64,000 bases of DNA from Blastocystis sp. Blastoise. Lineage: Eukaryota; Protista; Bigyra: Opalinata. The notes under the pieces are model-generated. The model was not told the DNA's origin, did no database searches, and saw only the letters and a program-made list of their open reading frames with translations. Positions 55,301 to 64,000 of this stretch are shown here, in pieces (the stretch's first letter is position 1; the number at the start of each line of letters is the position of its first letter). The position numbers and the translations under genes are program-made. The stretch lies in assembly GCA_039096225.1 (NCBI GenBank), contig JBBPEB010000015.1, forward strand, positions 62,001-126,000. Direction: 5' to 3'.

Positions 55301-58300
55301 TATATGTATCTCTCCTATGAACAAGAACAAGGAACTCCTCATGTTCCTGTCTTACCAGATCAAATTATACTTGAACCTCCTACTTTTATAGAAGATGCTA
55401 AACTTCAGCAACGTATTTATTTTACAATTTATCATAATGATATATTACAAGTACGTCAATTGAGTCGTAATATTAGTATTAATGACTCAAAGAATAAAGA
55501 AAGATATCGACCTGTTATTGAACATAACTGTAAGTTACTGGAAGCCTATAAGGATCAACAGTATAAGAAACGTTGTGCTGTCCGTGGAAAAGACAGTATT
55601 TTCGTAAAGAGTTCTTCGAAGAACGCTGTTCCTACGTCAATTCGTAATGATAAACGAGTTAAACAACAACGTGATCAAATGGAACTAGAAGAACGTGAAA
55701 GACAAAAGAAGAAGAATAATAAGAATAATAAGAATGATATAAATGTAGAGAATCACCCTACTATCGTTGATTCTACTGAAACAATCGATGATAATGCTAA
55801 TTTTGACTTATATAATCGTGATATTATTATGGCTCTTCCAAGAACATTCAAACAATATGAAAATATTGCAATGAATATATCTTCTCAAATTCAAGAACGT
55901 ATGTGTAATAATATGTTTATTGATATCAATTCAGAAACAGAAGATTCAAATACTCTATTACTTCAATATACTCCTGAATTTTATGATCCTCATCAACCAG
56001 TTTCTAAAGAATTATCTTTGAGTATGTCTAAAAATGTTTCAAATGAAACTAATATCAATAACAAAGATGAGTATAAACGTGAAAATAGATATAATACTCG
56101 TTATGGCAAGACTATAGATCTTCCTACTCCTTCTGTTACTTTAGATGCTGCAATACCACTTCCTATGGATGAAAGTAAAATGCCTTATCCTGTACCTATA
56201 TCTACTACTACTTCTAACCCTATAGTAGATCCAGCTTGTGATTTTATTCCTACAGCTAATATATATAGTGTTAGTGATAGACCTATTCATGCTTCTTTTG
56301 AAGAACTTCAAGATTATATTCTACCTAGTTCTACTAGTACTGTTATTCCTAATAGTATTTCTAATAGTGTTATTGATAATGTTTCTAATAGTGTTACAGA
56401 TAATGTATTTAATAGTGTTACAGATAATGTATCTAATAGTGTTACAGATAATGTATCTAATAGTGTTACAGATAATGTATCTAATAGTGTTACTGATAAT
56501 GCTCCTAATAATGTATCTAATAATGTTACTGATAGTGTTCCTGATAATGTATCTAATAGTGTTCCTAATAGTATTCCTTCCTCTACTACTTCTTCTCTTC
56601 CTCTTCCTTACTGTTCTAAGAATCAGAATGCTCTTGATGTATATCTGTCAAAAGCATCTCCTTATTCTGTAGATGATGATGTAGATACAGATATCGATAG
56701 TGATACTGAAGAAAATAAAATTGCTACTCAAGCTTATGCTGTTTTCAGTCATGATATTCAGAGTGAAGATGAGCATTATGATGATGAACCAATATTCCTA
56801 GTCAATAATTCTATTACTCCTAATACTAGTACTCCTAATACTAGTACTCCTAATACTAGTACTCCTACTACAATTATTCCTAATACTAGTACTCCTGCTA
56901 ATGTTACAATATCCCAGGATATTAATGATAACAAACAAGTTCTTGTATCGAAGATATCTCATCCTCCTCATCGTCCTCCTCCATCTTTCTCTTCATCTCT
57001 AGATGTTGCTAATGCTGCTACTAAGAACACATCTGGTTATGAAGATTGTTATGCTTCTTTTGATCTGTCCGAAAAGGTCTTAGAAGAATATACCAAGTCA
57101 TATGATTTAGATGAAGAAGCTTATGATGAATATCTTGCTGAAAAGAAGAAACAAGCACTTCAAAATCATCTATATTCATTACTTACTATAGAAGGTATTG
57201 AACGAGAAAATCGTGAAATGCTTCGTGTATTTTATGATTCTAAAGAAAATCAAGGTGAAGAAGGTAAACTCTTATATGATCCAGAATCAAATCGTCCTCA
57301 TATTCAAAGTGTAGTTCTTGAACCAGAGGCACTTATACTTCGTAATGATGTTTTATTGGATTATAATTGCAACGGACTTGAAGATCTTCTTCCTCCTAAT
57401 CACTCAGCACGTGATTTCGTAAGAGATCATTCCTCTATTTTGGGATATAATGAAGATCAACGTTTACTTGGACCTACATTAAAAACAATGGATAAAGAAC
57501 AACAAATTCGTAAGAAATATTATCGTTTACCTCCTCAATCCTTTAAAGATCTCTATTATGTTGCTAACGCTAAGGCAGTAAATGTCTCTCTACAACAATA
57601 TATGGAGAATTGGCCTTCTACTAAAATTCATCGAGAAACAATGAATGAAAAGGAAATTAGAGAAGAAAAGAATGAAGAAATCTATATACGTAATAGCGCT
57701 CGTCAAGCTATTATCGACAGTAATAATAATGATAATTATTATAAGAGTCGCCCTCCTCTTCCTTCTTATATCTATGATTCTATACGTTGTATATTGAAAG
57801 ATATTGAGTCTAAAGAGAAAACTAAAGATGATTTGAATGCTTCTGAAGGAATTCAATCTGAATTATCAAAATCGATATCTATCATTCCAGTTGAGACTTA
57901 TAATGATGTTCCTCATACAAATGATATCAGTGTTCTTGTTGATGAAAATAAAAAGTATTATATTCCTCTTCAAAGATTCAATACCTTATCTGATAGTACT
58001 ATCAGTGGTGTTAACGTATGTGAATGTGAGAAACAGAAACAGATGGAGAGAGAAAGAATGAAATTACAAGGAACATGGCATGAATATGGTGATGCTATAG
58101 ATGATAAAGGATGGGAGCATGATTCTTTATACTCTCATTATTATCCTTTTAAAAATAAACCCAGAGCGCCTACAGCCTTTATTGGACTTGTTTATAATGA
58201 TAATAATAATACTATTGCTAATAATACTATTGTTAATAATACTATTGTTAATAATACTATTGCTAATAATACTATTGTTAATAATACTATTGTTAATAAT

Positions 58301-59500
58301 TATACGAATAGTAATCTTCAAACTACTATTGATAATAATGCTTCTGATACTATTACTGATATTAATATACCTGAGGGTACTCCTACAACTACTACATCTA
58401 TTGCTTCTGCATCTACTATACCAACATATGCTTACGATCCTCGTTCTCCTATCGATTCTCTTCTTCGTCCTATAAGAACACTCGATAAAATCATATGTAC
58501 GAACAATGATAATAATGTCAATTGTATGAATACAAGTGGTATTCCTCTTAATATTGTCACAAACATTCCTGTCAATAAAATATGTAATATCCTTCCTAAC
58601 AGTGAATTTGATGAAGTATCTAAGAAATATAAAGAAGAACTAAATATTGTTGAAAAGAAGAAGATGGATGAAATGAGCCAATTGCATTCTTCTTCATCTG
58701 GTTCATTATCTTATTCATCACCTCTTCCTTATGGATCGAATAATAAGAATCAATTCTTTATGAATTCTACTTCTTCTAATAATAATACTTCAGTAGCTTC
58801 TAAAGAAACACCTGCTGCTTTATTATCTCCAGATACAGATCCTAATGCTCCTCTTCTTCCTCTTCCTCCTATTTCACTAACTGATGAAGAAGCTGAATAT
58901 AACCGTATAATGAAATGTATTGAACTCACAAATAGTTATGAAGATACTTCTTATTCTATTCCTCTAAGTGATGTTCCTAAGGATATTCACATAAATAGTA
59001 AGAGTGCTAAAGGTAAAGCTAAGTTCCAAGAATATAAAAATAAACTTATTATAACAAAAGAACAAAAGAAACAAGCATTCTTACATAGTATCTATAAGGA
59101 TATTGATGAACGAAAAGAGTATTATGACCTCTTGTCACTTGAAGAACCGATGTTCTATCGTGAATTATATTTTGAATCTTTACAACAGGTTGTTAAGTAT
59201 AAACAACTTTTAGAAGATAATAATGAAAATGAATCAATTTCTAAGAAATTATTATCTTCTCTTCAAGAAGATAATGCTTCTTTAATTGAACAAAATAAGG
59301 AATTACTTACAGAGTTAAAGAAGAAGGAAAGTGAAACTACTGTTATGGATCAACTGATTAATGACTGTAATTACTATAAATATAAGTTATTACTAGCGAA
59401 TAAGTATATTAAGCGAGTTAATACTAATACTTCAAAAAGTCTAAGTACTGTTAAGAATGTTATTACTAATACTAATACGAATAATAATAATAGTAATAAT

Positions 59501-59561
<61 letters not shown>

Positions 59562-62500
59562 GTAGTAATAATATTAATAATAGTAGTAATAATATTAATA
59601 AACCTCTTTCTGTACAACATTCTATATGTCATTTATTTGATTCAGATGATTCTACTTCTACTTCTACTTCTTCTTCTTTATCCTCTCCTATCCATATTTC
59701 TCAACAACCTAAGTATGATATGAATATGACTGAAGAAGAACGAAATCATATTATTGAACATATGTCTATACCTCATGTTTCTCTATTTGATCCTCAATCT
59801 CCCATTATGACGTCTCATGAATATTTGAATTCAACTCCTAATTCTTTAAGTGATGATGATCTATCTATTTCAAGTACTCCATCTCTTCATACATTCTTAT
59901 CTACCTATCCTACTCATTCTCATACTTCTAACGATCATCTTAAGACTACAATTGATCCTATTCAAATTGATGAATCCTTTATTGATCATTATTCACTTGT
60001 GAACTCACTTATTGAGAAAAATAATCAAATTAATCAATTACAGGAAGAAATCGAGAAATATAAACATATGAATCCTATTATTGATACTTCTCATCCTTCA
60101 ACAGATACTTCTTCTTCTACTCCTGCTTCTAATTTAAAGGGTAATTCATCAACTAATGATTCTTCTTCTACTCCTGCTTCTAATTTAAAGGATAATTCAT
60201 CAACTTCATTGTTACAAAAGGAATTCGATCATATAAAAGATCTTTTGAAGACAACATCTATTGAAAGAGCTAGTGCCATTACTGAAGTTATCCATCTAAG
60301 AGAATTTATTATTAAACTTGTAAAAGAACGAAATTCTCGATTTGAACAATTTTCAAAGAAATATATCAAATTAGCTGAGAGAAGTCATGTTCTTTCTGAT
60401 AAATATTCTGATTTATATACTTATTATGGTGCATTATTAAATAAGATAATTCAAGGTAATTGTGAATGTGGTTCTGTTGAAGATTTACAACGTTTCCGTG
60501 AACAACTGTATGCTTATAGAGATTTATTTGAATCTCAACAATTGAGAGGTGATAAATATGTAGATATGATGATTAAACGTCAATTCTATTATTATGATAA
60601 ACCTATTAATGATGTTATTCAAACTTATGATGCTCAAGCAATTGATCTTATTAAGAAGAAATTGAAAGATAATGCGTTCTTGATACAAACTGCGGAAGAT
60701 GTTGATTTGACTTGTAATATCGTCACGAAACCTGAGTTGAAAGATGCTGTTGATGCATATACTAAAGAACAATTACATAAATTAGAGGAAACTATTTATA
60801 AAGATATGAAGATCATCAAAGATTTAACTATTTTAAATAGTAATTTAACTGAACAAAAGAAAACTCTTCAATTTCAAATGGATCGTCTTGTTCATATTAT
60901 TGAATATAATGAATATAATGTAAAGGAAACAATAGTTGATATTAAGGAATCGGATTTGAAGAAGGAAGATAGACGTCTTCATTGCTTTTCTACTTATAAT
61001 AATCCTGATTCTCTTATTGAACAACTTCAAATTGATTGTGATATTCTTTATGATTGTAAAGTATATAATGATAAAATCATAGACGAGTTAAAACATAAAT
61101 TAGATACTATTAATAATGATCATAAAGAAGAACTTCAACCACTTCGTCTACAAGTTGAACAATTAACTCATCTTTCTGAAGAACAAGGTCATAAACTTAA
61201 AGAACTTGAAAAGACAAATGATATTAATAAACAATCTTATGATTCACTTGCTCTTGAGGAACAAAAACATGTCAAACAACTTGAAGATTATCAACAAAGA
61301 CTTTCTTCTGCTAATGTTAATATAGAACAATTAAATAAAGTTAACAGTCGTTTAGATAAAGAAAATACTATTTTATTTGAAGTGAATACTAAATTAAGAA
61401 AGAAGATTGAAATCGAAAAACAAAATGCTGCTACATTAAGCAAAAAGATTAGTGATAATAAGAATAAAAAGATTATTGGTCAATTAAAGAATTCGAATGC
61501 CTTCCTTATTTCTGAATATGCTAAATTAGAAACTGAACGAGTTCGTATTATTAAAGAACGTAATCATTTTATTGATGTTATCAAGACTTTGAAGGCTGAA
61601 CGTAATTCTATTACTCAAGAACGAAATCTCTTATTATTCCAACGTAATAATTTATATGTAGAACATCTTGAACAGATGGGTATTGATGAAGATGCTATCC
61701 CTAGTTTCTTTAAACAATTACCTAGTGATATATCTCGAAATACTAAAGAGACTGCTTCTACTACTAGTATAGATTCTCCTAATATGACTTTTGATGTATT
61801 AAATATTATTGATAATAATACTATTGATAATAATGATAATATTGACAATAATGATATTAATAATAATACTATTGATAATAATGCTGCTAATAATAATACT
61901 ATTGACAGTAATAATATAAATAATAATACTATTGATAATAATACTATTGATAATAATGTTGCTAATAATAATACTATAGATACTACTGCCTCATCTATAC
62001 CTGTGACTATGAATAGTAATTCATCTTCATCTTCATCTAATCCTCTTAAAGAGCATTTGACTTCGGTTATAAATTCTCTTCTTGCTGCATCTCCTTACGA
62101 GATATTACGTACTCCATTAGTTCATTATGATTATACTATTACGAAGGATCAATATAATAGTATTGATAAAGCTACTTTACTTAATATGTATTATGCACTA
62201 GTTGAAGATCATAAGAAACTTATACAACGTTATACTATGCTTGAAGTCACTTATGATGCTAGTAAACTTATAACTCATGATTGTCATTATGAATCTAATA
62301 AGAATTCTCAAGAAATTAATTCACTTGAAAATCAAATTCAATTCGATCGTCAATTAATCTCTGATTTATATATTCATTATAAATCATTAATTTATAATTC
62401 AGCAACTTGGAAATATACTCTTTCTTTAGTTATGGAAGAATACAATCATATTGATACTTTTATTAATAATAAAGACTTTTGTTCGGAAATGGTGAATACT

Positions 62501-64000
62501 ATGGCTTCGAAATCTTTAGGATTCACTTCATCTCTATCATTTATAGAAAAGAATACTCAATTGAAACAACTCTTTAATTCATTCAAAATGAAGATTCTTG
62601 ATATGAATAACATAGCAAATAACATATTCACTATATATTCTATACCAGATCTTACTATAGAACAGAAGAATTGTATTCCTCTATCTACTATTAATACTTC
62701 TTCTAATACTCATGAACAATCTACTAAAGACACTGGTATTATTTCTAAAGATAATAATATAATTAAGAATAGTAATGCTATTACTCATGAACAATCTACT
62801 AAAGATACTGATATTATTTCTAAAGATAATAATACAATTAAGAATAGTAATGCTATTACTCATGAACAATCTACTAAAGATACTGATATTATTTCTAAAG
62901 ATAATAATAATACAATTAAGAATAGTAATACTAATGCTAATAAAATTATTCCTTCAAGTGTTTCTATACCTCCTTCAACTGATACATCTATTCCTATTGT
63001 ATCTTCAGTTCCTTCATCTGATCATAAACTTAAATTAGAGTTTGATAAGAATGGCCATGTTATTATTCCTGAAGAATTCAAGCGTATGAGAGATCGTATT
63101 ATGAATGCACCTACCTCTGAAGAATTCCTTAAGAAATCTCCTGAAGAATCAAATCGTTATATTGAAGAATATCAACGATTATTAGATTCATCATCTACTC
63201 ATTCTTCTTCTACTTCTAATATTATTATTATTACAACTACTCATGGAGATTATCCATCTAGTTATCCTCGAATCCCAAAAGGATATGAATTCCGTTATGT
63301 ATTTATTGCTCCAACTAATTATGGTGATCTTTCTGATGAGGAATATCGTATTCAACGTAAGATGAACATTGCTCGTCTTCGTCGTCAATTCCATATTGAT
63401 GAAACATATCATATTATATTTGATGATCCTGAATTAACTCCTTATAGTGAAGACATTGCTTCTGTTGTTCCTATAAGTAGAGATCATCGTATTGATGTTA
63501 TTGATTGTCCAGATATGATTTACTTAGATCAAGAAGACGATATTCAAACAAAACATGATTCTATTCATTCTAATAATATTACTATCTCTCAAAATATATC
63601 ATCGATACCTACTGATTCTAATATTAATACTACTATTAAGGATACTATAGACTATAATAATGATATTAATACTACTATTAAGGATACTATAGACTATAAT
63701 AATGATATTACTACTACTATTAAGGATACTATAGACTATAATAATGATATTACTACTACTACTACATCTGAGTCTTCTGATCCGATAGCATGTGATCCAC
63801 TTAATAATAGTGATATATTATTGAGTCTAAAGAAGTATTTCCCTTGCCTTTATTATGAAGATATGCTGAAAACAATTCCTGGAGACTATATTCAAATGAT
63901 GATACAAAAAATCAATGATCTTATTGAACAAAGTATTAATTCTGAGGCTTATCTTAAGCAAGATATTTCTACTGATTCTATTACTATTCCTGTCTCTGTA
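52311..64000 (+). CDS. Giant orphan protein (>3,860 aa, incomplete at 3' end): repeats, low-complexity N/S/T/P segments and coiled coils
   Basis: Exon 1 52311-53049, GT-AG intron 53050-53147, exon 2 from 53148. The first and last codons are in the same frame, segments translated by eye are stop-free, and the track lists no terminated ORF in this frame. Confidence 0.88.

Noticed and set aside
53251-63412. Short hydrophobic ORFs on both strands in the track
   Set aside because: Shadow frames of the giant ORF.

Overview
Very AT-rich, intron-dense eukaryotic genomic DNA. Many 30-45 nt introns, AT-AC introns, TGTTTGTT motifs behind stop codons and a stand-alone formate-THF ligase suggest a Blastocystis-like protist; that assignment is inference. 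The first 15.7 kb is a giant, near-perfect inverted repeat with arms 1-4833 and 10913-15743, and the left arm runs to the window edge. Its 6.1 kb unique core encodes one spliced protein of about 1,400 aa: MuDR-type DNA-binding domain, MULE DDE transposase, SWIM finger, a ubiquitin-like segment and a Ulp1/C48 protease, with all catalytic residues intact. Each arm carries the same truncated, frameshifted exportin-2/Cse1 gene fragment. Ordinary genes follow: a degenerate A1 aspartic protease, RecQ helicase, U2A' (two AT-AC U12-type introns), scramblase, FTHFS, SMYD SET/MYND, lipase, Rab8-like GTPase, RPS8, tRNA-Ser(AGA), an importin-13/transportin-3-like gene (a third AT-AC intron), an HGSNAT/DUF1624-like membrane protein and a secreted bacterial-Ig-like protein. 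The window ends in an orphan ORF of more than 3,800 aa whose second exon is open for over 10.8 kb and is missing from the ORF track. All gene models were spliced by eye.
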